Under the pieces are notes generated by a model, which was given only the letters and a program-made list of their open reading frames with translations, was not told where the DNA came from and made no database searches. 64,000 nucleotides of DNA from Aquirufa sp. Lineage in GTDB: Bacteria > Bacteroidota > Bacteroidia > Cytophagales > Spirosomataceae. The stretch lies in assembly GCA_044349095.1 (NCBI GenBank), contig JBIKRO010000002.1:47211-111210 (forward strand). The letters are read 5' to 3'. Positions within the stretch are counted from its first letter, which is position 1. Each line of letters starts with the position of its first letter. Position numbers and translations under genes: made by a program. Of the stretch, positions 48,145 to 56,506 are shown in pieces.

Positions 48145-49370
48145 CGGATACGCTTTAAAATTTCTATACAGGCTCTTCCATTGTGGTAAGGGCCTTTCCA
48201 AGGGCCTATTTTTCCATTGCGAATCATAGGCTCTTCTTTTTCATCGATCCCCCAAAGCCATTCGCCTGAGGATGATTTTAGTTTTGATTTGATGAAAGAC
48301 CAACTTCCTAGACTCAGTGCGTAGAATTTTTTATTTCCAGTTAACTGGTATGCGTTATAATATCCGACCATGGCTTCTGCTTGTGGCCACCAATGTTTCT
48401 GGGTATTGATATGTCCATGATTTTTCTCATTCCACATCCCACCATCTTTTGGGTCAATTCCTTTTTCGGCTTCGATGGCCATATTTACGGCCAATTTTTT
48501 CATTTTTTTAATCCAAATCGGATTTTTAATCGTTTCCGCAGTTTCTAACAAAAGCCAAGCAGATTCGATGTCATGTCCAAAAGAAACGGCTTCCGATCTT
48601 GTAGACCAATTATCAGTGAAAAATAAAGTTTGCGTTTTGCCGTTGGCTATAATTTTTTCATGAAAAATGGAAAGCATGGTTTCAATTTCAGCCTTTAATT
48701 TTTTGTCGGGATACACCTGATAAAGATTTGAAAAGGCTTCAATCAAATGTAAATGTGTATTCATGGATTTTTTTTGATCTGCTTTTCCTTCGGTAATCGT
48801 CTTATCATCAATCGGCGTCCAAGCCTCATTGTAAGCTTCATAATAACCCCCATTTTTCAGGTCCTTGCAGTTGGTTTGTAAGATCTGATAGATGCTTTTT
48901 GCTTTTTCTAACGCTTGCGGATTTTTCGAAATTTTATAATATTCAGCAAAGGCATATAGCATAAATCCTTCTGCATAGACTTGTTTATGGGTGTCGGAGG
49001 GAGTTCCGTTCGATTTCACGGACCAATAAGCGCCTTTATTTTTAGTGTCCCAAAAATAAGTATTGAGGTAATTAAATGCTCGGTCGGCCAATTTTTTATA
49101 CCCTGGCTTTGGGTCCATTTGATAGGCAGCTGAAAATGTCCAAAGAACTCTACTATTCAAAATTAAACCTTTATCGGCCTGCAGGTTGGGTACGTTATTC
49201 GCGTCAACAGCTCCGTAGAATCCGCCTTTTTCGACATCCACACTATTCTTTTCCCAATAACTTAAAATGTCATTCAGTTCCGTTTTTATTTCTTTTCTAA
49301 AGTCGCTTGGGCTTTGTGCGGAAATGGATTGTGCGTACATTAAAAAAATAAGAATTTTAAAGATTTTCAT
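48141..49370 (-). CDS. AGE family (N-acylglucosamine 2-epimerase-like) (alpha/alpha)6 epimerase/isomerase with a signal peptide
   Basis: Signal 'MKIFKILIFLMYAQSISAQ' and 'EKGGFYGAVDANNVPNLQADKGLILNSRVLWTFSAAY', typical of the AGE superfamily. 409 aa. Confidence 0.78.
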   Translation of the reverse strand: MKIFKILIFLMYAQSISAQSPSDFRKEIKTELNDILSYWEKNSVDVEKGGFYGAVDANNVPNLQADKGLILNSRVLWTFSAAYQMDPKPGYKKLADRAFNYLNTYFWDTKNKGAYWSVKSNGTPSDTHKQVYAEGFMLYAFAEYYKISKNPQALEKAKSIYQILQTNCKDLKNGGYYEAYNEAWTPIDDKTITEGKADQKKSMNTHLHLIEAFSNLYQVYPDKKLKAEIETMLSIFHEKIIANGKTQTLFFTDNWSTRSEAVSFGHDIESAWLLLETAETIKNPIWIKKMKKLAVNMAIEAEKGIDPKDGGMWNEKNHGHINTQKHWWPQAEAMVGYYNAYQLTGNKKFYALSLGSWSFIKSKLKSSSGEWLWGIDEKEEPMIRNGKIGPWKGPYHNGRACIEILKRIR

Positions 49371-49667
49371 GGAGCTAGGTTTATGGCAACAGATGCTTTT
49401 TATATATTAAATATAAAGATTGTGTTTGAATTTTAATGGAATAAATTTTTGAAATAATCATTTGATTATACTAAATCGCTTACCTTTTTAAACAAAATGG
49501 CCATTTGATTTCATATTTTAGGTCATTTTAAAAAAAGTAATTATCTTTCTTATGTAAATTATGCACATTGATTTAAATATTAAATGGGATTTTGAATGCT
49601 GTTATTTTACTAAGTCAAATTTAAAAAGTATTAAATTTTAAAATTTAAAAACCAGATAAGTTCATAA

Positions 49668-50639
49668 ATGACAAATCCTATTCAAATATCCATTGTTATA
49701 CCTGTTTATCAAGGAGAAAAAACGCTGCCAAAATTAGTTGGCGAGTTAATTGCCTATAGCCAAGTACAAATGACTAAGCTTGGGAATCCCTATATCATTA
49801 ATGATATTATTCTAGTGCATGATTGTGGTTTTGATCGCTCAGATAAAGTTATCGAAGAATTAAGTGAGCTATACTCAGAAGTACGGCCACTTTGGTTATC
49901 TAAAAATTTTGGTCAGCATCCCGCCACCATGGCTGGAATGGCAAGTGCTACAGGTGATTGGATCGTTACATTAGATGAAGATGGACAGCAAGACCCTACT
50001 TTTATTGCAGGAATGTTAGACGAGGCATTGTCTAAATCACTCCAAGTAGTTTACGCGCTGCCTACAAATCCTCCTCCCCACGGTTTTTTAAGAAATATAT
50101 TTAGCGTCTTAGCGAAATCGATTTTCCAAAAGCTTTCAGGAAATGTTATGTCTAAGTATTTCAATAGCTTTCGAATGATTGATGGGGAAATTGCAAGAAC
50201 ATTGGCAGCTTATAGTGGAAATGGAATTTATTTAGATGTTGGTCTTTTATGGGTTTCTTCAAGAATTGGAAGTTTTCCCGTTGTGCTTAGAGATGAAGAT
50301 AGGCCATCAGGGTATTCTTATGGTAAGTTGATGAGTCATTTTTGGCGATTAATTTTAACTTCAGGCACAAAACCCTTAAGATTAATCACTTTGTTAGGAT
50401 TCTCCTCGTTAATGATTGCTTTCATCACATCCATCATTGCTTTGTATGATAAAATCTTAGGAAATGTACCAGTTCAGGGCTGGACCTCTTTGTTCATTAT
50501 GGTCTCATTTTTCTCCGGAGCCATCATGCTTTCATTGGGAATAGTGGCTGAATATTTGGCAATAACCATGAGCATTGCCATGGGAAAACCACTCTATGTG
50601 ATTGCTACGAAACCGTCAAGGCCCCAACAAAACACATAA
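49668..50639 (+). CDS. GT2 family glycosyltransferase, polyprenyl-phosphate glycosyltransferase architecture (GtrB/ArnC/Ppm1-like)
   Basis: 'ISIVIPVYQGEKTL' N-terminus, 'TLDEDGQQDP' DxD-type motif, and two C-terminal TM helices ('LITLLGFSSLMIAFITSIIAL', 'LFIMVSFFSGAIMLSLGIVAEYL'). Confidence 0.85.
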   Translation: MTNPIQISIVIPVYQGEKTLPKLVGELIAYSQVQMTKLGNPYIINDIILVHDCGFDRSDKVIEELSELYSEVRPLWLSKNFGQHPATMAGMASATGDWIVTLDEDGQQDPTFIAGMLDEALSKSLQVVYALPTNPPPHGFLRNIFSVLAKSIFQKLSGNVMSKYFNSFRMIDGEIARTLAAYSGNGIYLDVGLLWVSSRIGSFPVVLRDEDRPSGYSYGKLMSHFWRLILTSGTKPLRLITLLGFSSLMIAFITSIIALYDKILGNVPVQGWTSLFIMVSFFSGAIMLSLGIVAEYLAITMSIAMGKPLYVIATKPSRPQQNT

Positions 50640-51601
50640 TGAAACTAATTTGGGTATTAGGGAAAGGTGGATTATTAGGTTCCGCTATTTATGATTCGTT
50701 ACTACGCGAAGAACAAATCATTTATTCCCCTAAGGACAAATTTAATTGGACAGATGAATCTAGCATCCTGGGACAAATAGAAAAGTCGGTTGAGGAGTTT
50801 GCTAATTCATTAACCGATGGCCAGCATTGGCATATTTATTGGGCTGCTGGTGTAGGAACAATGCATAGCACAGTTCCCGAATTGTTATTAGAAACAAAAA
50901 TCATATCTAGGTTAACTCAACTCATTCAATCCAATAAAATTCTTAATTCTGTAAGGGGTTGCTTAAATTTTGCAAGCTCTGCAGGTGCAGTGTATGCGGG
51001 GTCGACCGAATTAATTTTGAATGAAACCTCATCAGTTTCACCCATGAATGCGTATGGGTTTGAAAAAGTCAAACAAGAGGAATTATTGATGGCTTTTGGT
51101 CGAGAAAATCCTGGTATTGGAATTATTATTTCTCGCTTATCTACACTATATGGACCTGGGCAAGCCTTTGGAAAGGGTCAAGGATTGATTGCCGAAATTG
51201 CTAGAAGAATCCTGAAAAATCAGCACGCTTCCATTTATGTTCCGTTTGATACAATCCGAGATTATATCTATTCTTTTGATGCCGCTAAGGCAATGATTGA
51301 AACTTCCAATTTTTTAAGTGAAGAATTGGGTCAAACAATAAAAATAATTGCTTCAGAGAGCCCCACGACCATTGCCGAAATCATCTCATTATTTAAAAAT
51401 ATTTCAAAAAGAACCCCCAGAATTATCTTGAGCGATAGTTACAAAAGAAATGCATATAATCGAAAAGTTATACTTAAATCGATACATCAGCCTTTGAAAT
51501 TCAACTTCGCCAAAACAAGTTTATTAATAGGGATTTCAAATGTGTATTCATTTGAGAAACAAAATTTAAAACTATTAAATACTCAGCTTGTTTCCAATTA
51601 G
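50639..51601 (+). CDS. NAD-dependent epimerase/dehydratase (extended SDR) family protein
   Basis: Rossmann-like 'VLGKGGLLGSAI', 'SSAGAVY' Ser and 'YGFEK' YxxxK. 1-nt overlap (TAATG) with the GT2 gene. Confidence 0.7.
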   Translation: MKLIWVLGKGGLLGSAIYDSLLREEQIIYSPKDKFNWTDESSILGQIEKSVEEFANSLTDGQHWHIYWAAGVGTMHSTVPELLLETKIISRLTQLIQSNKILNSVRGCLNFASSAGAVYAGSTELILNETSSVSPMNAYGFEKVKQEELLMAFGRENPGIGIIISRLSTLYGPGQAFGKGQGLIAEIARRILKNQHASIYVPFDTIRDYIYSFDAAKAMIETSNFLSEELGQTIKIIASESPTTIAEIISLFKNISKRTPRIILSDSYKRNAYNRKVILKSIHQPLKFNFAKTSLLIGISNVYSFEKQNLKLLNTQLVSN

Positions 51602-51621
51602 ATTAAATCCAATTTACTCCT

Positions 51622-54600
51622 ATGAAAAATTATTTACTACTCATATTATTTATATTTTCGTTCATTTCCCTAAAGGCCAAAGATCATTCTGAGCTGATGA
51701 AAAAGGCAGATCGAATTATTGCAGTATATAAGCTGTATACGGTCATGCATAAAACTCAAATTCCACCTAGTGGGGATAAGCATGACTATATGAGCCAAGG
51801 ACCTTATTGGTGGCCAGACCCAAGCAAGCCCGATGGAAAACCGTACATCCGAAAAGATGGCGTTAAAAATCCCGAAATAAAAGGAATCGCCGACTCAGAT
51901 GAAATGGATGAGCTCATTGACGATGTGGATTTATTGACCCAAGCATTCCAAAAATCAAAAAATGAAAAATATGCGGCTTTTGCATCTCAATTAATTAAGA
52001 CTTGGTTCATTAATCCAAAAACCAAGCAGAATCCCAATTTGAATTTCAGCCAAGGAATTCCAGGCATTAATACTGGCCGGGGAATTGGTATCATTGAGAC
52101 CCGATTTTTAATTAAAATTACGGATGCGGCTGAGAAATTACAAGCGTCTATGCATTGGCGTAAGTCCGATCATCAAGCGTTGAAAAACTGGTTTAAAGAC
52201 TACCTAATTTGGCTTATTGAAAGTCCCATTGGCCAAGATGAAGCCGATGAACATAACAACCATGGAACTTATTATGATGTTCAAGTCGTTAATTTTGCCA
52301 TGTTTTTGGGCCAAAATGAGTTGGCTAAGCGCCAACTAGAAATCACCAAATCTCGAATGGCTTCACAGTTGAAGCCCGACGGATCCCAACCCCATGAATT
52401 AGCCAGAACGAAGTCTTTTGGTTATTCTCTAATGAATCTTAGAGGCTTCTTTTATTTAGCAGAATTTGCTCAAAAATTGAATGTTGATCTATGGCATTAT
52501 CAAACTCCTGAAGGTGCGACAATTAAGAAATGCTTGGATTTTTTAGTCCCTTACATCAAAAAGGATAAAGTGTGGCCATTCCAACAAATTGCTGAAATTC
52601 ATTGGGCCGATTCAGAAGAAATCTTGATCGAAGGTTTTAAAGCTTATAAAGATATTTCTTATTCAGATTTAGCCAAAAAAGTAAGTGCTGTAAACCATGA
52701 TAAATTCTCTCCATCCGATTTGGTGGATCCATTTTTAGATTCAGCTAATTCACGGTGGTTTTTCTTTAATTCGACGAGTCGGCCTTTTGGCATGGTCAAC
52801 CTAAGTCCTGACAATGGCGTTCAGAGTGATTGGGGAGCAGGCTATCGATATAATTCGGATAGCATCAAATGCTTCAGCCACATTCACGGTTGGCAATTAT
52901 CGGGCATCCCTGTGCTGCCAACCACGGGTGAATTTAAAGGCCAATTAGGTTCAGGCCAATATGGGTCCACCTTTTCGCATGCCAAAGAAATTGCCAAACC
53001 AGGTTACCATGAAGTCTATTTGGAATCGTATAAGATTAAGGCCCAATTAACCGCTACTACCCGAGTGGGGTTTCATAAATACACCTATCCAAAGGCTGGA
53101 GAAAGCCAAATATTATTCGACTTTGCTACCTTTTTAGGACCATCAGATACCCAAAGTGCGTATGTCAAGCAAGTGGGAGATCGTCGAATTGAAGGCTATG
53201 CCATCATGTCGCCTGCAGTACGCCGACCTAAAATTTTGCCTGTCTATTTTGTTGTCGAATTTGATAAGCCTTTTACTAAAATAGCCGCTTGGCGAAAAGG
53301 AAAATTGGAAGCCTTTTCAAATAAAATAGAAGGGGAGAAAATAGGGGTTTATGTGAGCTTCCCAACGGCCAATAATGAAGAGCGATTGATGAAGGTCGCC
53401 ATCTCCTATGTGAGTACGGAGCAAGCAAGTTTAAACATGAAAACAGAAATTCCTCATTGGGATTTTGATCGTGTCGTGGAAGAAAGCAAGTCGGAATGGA
53501 ATGAATGGCTGGGTCGTATTCAGGTGGAAGGTAAGGACGAAGTGGCAAAGAAAAGATTTTACACGGACTTATTTCATGCGCTACAAGGGAGACGAATTGT
53601 CAGTGATGTGAACGGTAAATATTTGGACATGACGGGGGATAATCCGCGCGCGGGTCAAATTCCGTTGAAGGCGAATGGCCAACCGAAATTCAATCACCAT
53701 AATTTTGATGCCATGTGGGGAGCGCAATGGACGATCAATACCTTGTGGCATTTGGTTTATCCTGAGGTGACCGAATCGTTCATTAATTCGATGTTGATGA
53801 TGTATGATGACGGAGGCTTAATTCCTAGGGGTCCTGCCGGCGGAAATTACACCTATGTAATGACGGGAGCGTCTTCGACTCCATTTATTGTAAGTGCATA
53901 CCAAAAAGGGATTCGTGGTTTTGATATACAAAAGGCTTATGAAGGCATGCGGAAAAATCATTTCCCTGGGGGTATGATGAGCAAGGCAGGTTATGAACAT
54001 AAGACATTTAAGGGTGGTGGGATTGAGTATTATATGGAGCGCGGTTATGTTCCTCATCCCATCAGTCCAATTCGATATGGTTTTCACATGGATGGATCTG
54101 CGCAAACGCTCGAATACGCTTATCAGGACTTTTCTTTAGCTCAAATGTCAAAGGCCTTAGGTAAAACAGATGATTATCAGCTGTTTATGAAGCGTTCTCA
54201 AAATTTTAAAAATATTTGGAACCCTGAATTAGGTTGGATGTGGATCAAAAACCTAGATGGAAATTGGGAGAAATCGGTGGACATTTTACGTTATGACCAT
54301 GGTTGGGAAGAAGGAAATTCGGCCCAATGGACTTGGTTTGTCCCACACGATTTGAAAGGTTTGGCAAGCTTGATGGGAGGAAATGACAAGGCTGTCGCAA
54401 AATTAAATGAGTCTTTTGAGAAGGCATCTGTTCATGATTTTGTGAGTGGAAAATCTCATGATAAGGAAACTCAGGAGGAAAACCGTCGGGTTTATTTGAA
54501 CTTTGGCAACCAGCCTTCCATTCAAACTAGCTATATTTTCAATCAAATCGGGGCACCTTGGTTGACCCAAAAATGGACCCGTAAGGTCATCGAAAAAGTA

Positions 54601-54963
54601 TATTCAGGCCTTTCGCCCAATTATGGATATAGTGGAGATGAAGACCAAGGACTCATGGGTTCATTGGCTGTGTTGATGAAAATAGGTATTTTTAGCATGG
54701 ATGGTGGTGTCGCTCAAACACCCTATTACGATTTAAGCAGTCCTATTTTTGACAAAATTGAAATTAAGCTTAACCCCGATTTTTATCCGGGGAAAATAAT
54801 TTCAATAGAGACAAAAAATAATTCTCAGGACAATGTGTATATCCAGCAGGCGAGTTTCAATGGCAAGCCGATAAAATCTTGGATTTCACATCCTGACCTA
54901 ATTAAAGGGGGAAAAATCAAGTATGTTTTAGGTGCGAAGCCGAATAAAAGCTTTGGTCAATAA
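51622..54963 (+). CDS. secreted fusion protein: N-terminal alginate-lyase-family (PL5-like) domain + C-terminal GH92 alpha-mannosidase domain
   Basis: Signal 'MKNYLLLILFIFSFISLKA'. Residues up to about 360 carry 'GPYWWPDPSKPDG', 'GRGIGIIET', 'HNNHGTYYD' and 'RTKSFGYS'. From about 375 on, the GH92 blocks 'SRPFGMVNLSPDN' and 'GYSGDEDQGLMGS' appear, with a typical GH92 length of about 740 aa. Confidence 0.8.
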   Translation: MKNYLLLILFIFSFISLKAKDHSELMKKADRIIAVYKLYTVMHKTQIPPSGDKHDYMSQGPYWWPDPSKPDGKPYIRKDGVKNPEIKGIADSDEMDELIDDVDLLTQAFQKSKNEKYAAFASQLIKTWFINPKTKQNPNLNFSQGIPGINTGRGIGIIETRFLIKITDAAEKLQASMHWRKSDHQALKNWFKDYLIWLIESPIGQDEADEHNNHGTYYDVQVVNFAMFLGQNELAKRQLEITKSRMASQLKPDGSQPHELARTKSFGYSLMNLRGFFYLAEFAQKLNVDLWHYQTPEGATIKKCLDFLVPYIKKDKVWPFQQIAEIHWADSEEILIEGFKAYKDISYSDLAKKVSAVNHDKFSPSDLVDPFLDSANSRWFFFNSTSRPFGMVNLSPDNGVQSDWGAGYRYNSDSIKCFSHIHGWQLSGIPVLPTTGEFKGQLGSGQYGSTFSHAKEIAKPGYHEVYLESYKIKAQLTATTRVGFHKYTYPKAGESQILFDFATFLGPSDTQSAYVKQVGDRRIEGYAIMSPAVRRPKILPVYFVVEFDKPFTKIAAWRKGKLEAFSNKIEGEKIGVYVSFPTANNEERLMKVAISYVSTEQASLNMKTEIPHWDFDRVVEESKSEWNEWLGRIQVEGKDEVAKKRFYTDLFHALQGRRIVSDVNGKYLDMTGDNPRAGQIPLKANGQPKFNHHNFDAMWGAQWTINTLWHLVYPEVTESFINSMLMMYDDGGLIPRGPAGGNYTYVMTGASSTPFIVSAYQKGIRGFDIQKAYEGMRKNHFPGGMMSKAGYEHKTFKGGGIEYYMERGYVPHPISPIRYGFHMDGSAQTLEYAYQDFSLAQMSKALGKTDDYQLFMKRSQNFKNIWNPELGWMWIKNLDGNWEKSVDILRYDHGWEEGNSAQWTWFVPHDLKGLASLMGGNDKAVAKLNESFEKASVHDFVSGKSHDKETQEENRRVYLNFGNQPSIQTSYIFNQIGAPWLTQKWTRKVIEKVYSGLSPNYGYSGDEDQGLMGSLAVLMKIGIFSMDGGVAQTPYYDLSSPIFDKIEIKLNPDFYPGKIISIETKNNSQDNVYIQQASFNGKPIKSWISHPDLIKGGKIKYVLGAKPNKSFGQ

Positions 54964-55355
54964 TGGATATTCATTTTAAAAAAGACCCGCTGATGTATCT
55001 TTCAAATTATTTGTTGACGGGTTTATCTGTATTGTTTTTTATGGGTGTTTGTGTGGAGGCCTCAGCACAAACTAAAAAAGCTATTGAATACAAGACCCCG
55101 AATTTTGGCTGCACGTTTGAAGATGGCCCTTTCCAAGCGAAAATAATAGCTACACAAAGTCGCCTCCCTAAAAATAAGATCGATTTTTTAACGAGCGTAG
55201 ATATTCAAGGTTGCCAGGTTATTCACATTACTTTCGACAAAGTGGCAAAGGGATTTGAGGTTGCTTTTAAGCCAACCGACATCGACGATTCCGGCAATGC
55301 TATCATACTGGCAGAACAAGGAATTAGCTACGAAATTCACCTCATTTTGCCCTAA
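54963..55355 (+). CDS. hypothetical small secreted or membrane-anchored protein
   Basis: 1-nt overlap (TAATG) with the fusion gene. Hydrophobic 'LLTGLSVLFFMGVCVEASAQ'. No family motif. Confidence 0.45.
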   Translation: MDIHFKKDPLMYLSNYLLTGLSVLFFMGVCVEASAQTKKAIEYKTPNFGCTFEDGPFQAKIIATQSRLPKNKIDFLTSVDIQGCQVIHITFDKVAKGFEVAFKPTDIDDSGNAIILAEQGISYEIHLILP

Positions 55356-55357
55356 AT

Positions 55358-56506
55358 TTAAAAGGGTTTTTGGTTCCAAAGAACGGGGTTTCGAATGGGG
55401 AAATTTCGGATGACTTCTTGGTTTGTCGGGAAATGGTCTAATTTTTTCCACAGAGCCAAGCTATTATCATCGCCATGAATGGCAGAAAAATAGAGAAAAC
55501 TTTGGGCAATCGGCCATTGGTCGAAATACATGACATCAGCCGGATAGGTCCACAGGCTTTTGTCTTTGACGAATGGAATTAGATAAGAAACGCCTTTTTT
55601 TATGGATCTGCCATCGGGCATTTGCCAGTCCCACATATTCAATACATGGGCTAGGGTACTCATAATATCTAAATTAAATATGGAATAACCGTAGGGCTTA
55701 GTCCGTTTTAACTCGAGCGGAAATGAACCATCGGCCGCCATTTGGTCTGGAATAAATGCCGTCCGGTAGCGTTTTCTACAGAAATCGATCAGTGAGGCGT
55801 TGCCGGTAAAGGATGCAAATACGGCCACTTGGAGTGCCCAACAAGTTCCATGGTTGTTTAATGCATCTCTTTCAGTCATTCCATAGGGATGCGTCGTCAT
55901 CCAAAGTACATATTCCTTAAACCAAGCGACAAATGCGGCATAATCTTCTGGTGCGATTTGACTTTTTAAGGCTTCCATGGCCTTGACCACTTCCAGAAAA
56001 TGAATGGTATCAATGATTCCAATGCCACGACCCGTTGCTTTTCCTTTTATTGCTTGAGCATATAATAGGGAAGGATTCATGCGCGTAGATGGGTCCACAA
56101 ACCAAGCCTTAAAATGCGGAATAGCTGCTTTGGCATATTGAGCTTTTTTGGTGAATGTGTAGGCAGATGCTAGTGAACCGACAATCTCGCTGAAACGTAT
56201 CATGGCCAGACGGTGTGCCACAAAATTTTCTGGATTAGTCTCTCCGTCTCTTTGAATGTAAGGTCCAGTAGGATTTGCTGGGTCGGGCCACCAATAATCG
56301 CCTTCTGAATAAAAATCATTTACGCCTCCGGCTGATCGTGGACATTGTGTGGCAGTAACCGTAATGGGCTTTTGCGTCAAATTTTTATCGGCTATGACAA
56401 TCGTTTTTGCGATGCGCTCTTTGGAATAAATCTCCCTAGGAGCTACAGAAAAGGTCAGAGTATTATTTAATAAAAAGAGAAATAAGAAAGAAATTTTCAA
56501 TTTCAT
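55358..56506 (-). CDS. alginate-lyase-family (PL5-like) polysaccharide lyase candidate
   Basis: 'GDYWWPDPANPTGPY', 'GRGIGIIDT', 'LNNHGTCWA' and 'RTKPYGYS', paralogous to the N-domain of 51622-54963. Start is set at the ATG that forms an ATGA overlap with the sulfatase stop and precedes signal 'MKLKISFLFLFLL'. Confidence 0.75.
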   Translation of the reverse strand: MKLKISFLFLFLLNNTLTFSVAPREIYSKERIAKTIVIADKNLTQKPITVTATQCPRSAGGVNDFYSEGDYWWPDPANPTGPYIQRDGETNPENFVAHRLAMIRFSEIVGSLASAYTFTKKAQYAKAAIPHFKAWFVDPSTRMNPSLLYAQAIKGKATGRGIGIIDTIHFLEVVKAMEALKSQIAPEDYAAFVAWFKEYVLWMTTHPYGMTERDALNNHGTCWALQVAVFASFTGNASLIDFCRKRYRTAFIPDQMAADGSFPLELKRTKPYGYSIFNLDIMSTLAHVLNMWDWQMPDGRSIKKGVSYLIPFVKDKSLWTYPADVMYFDQWPIAQSFLYFSAIHGDDNSLALWKKLDHFPTNQEVIRNFPIRNPVLWNQKPF

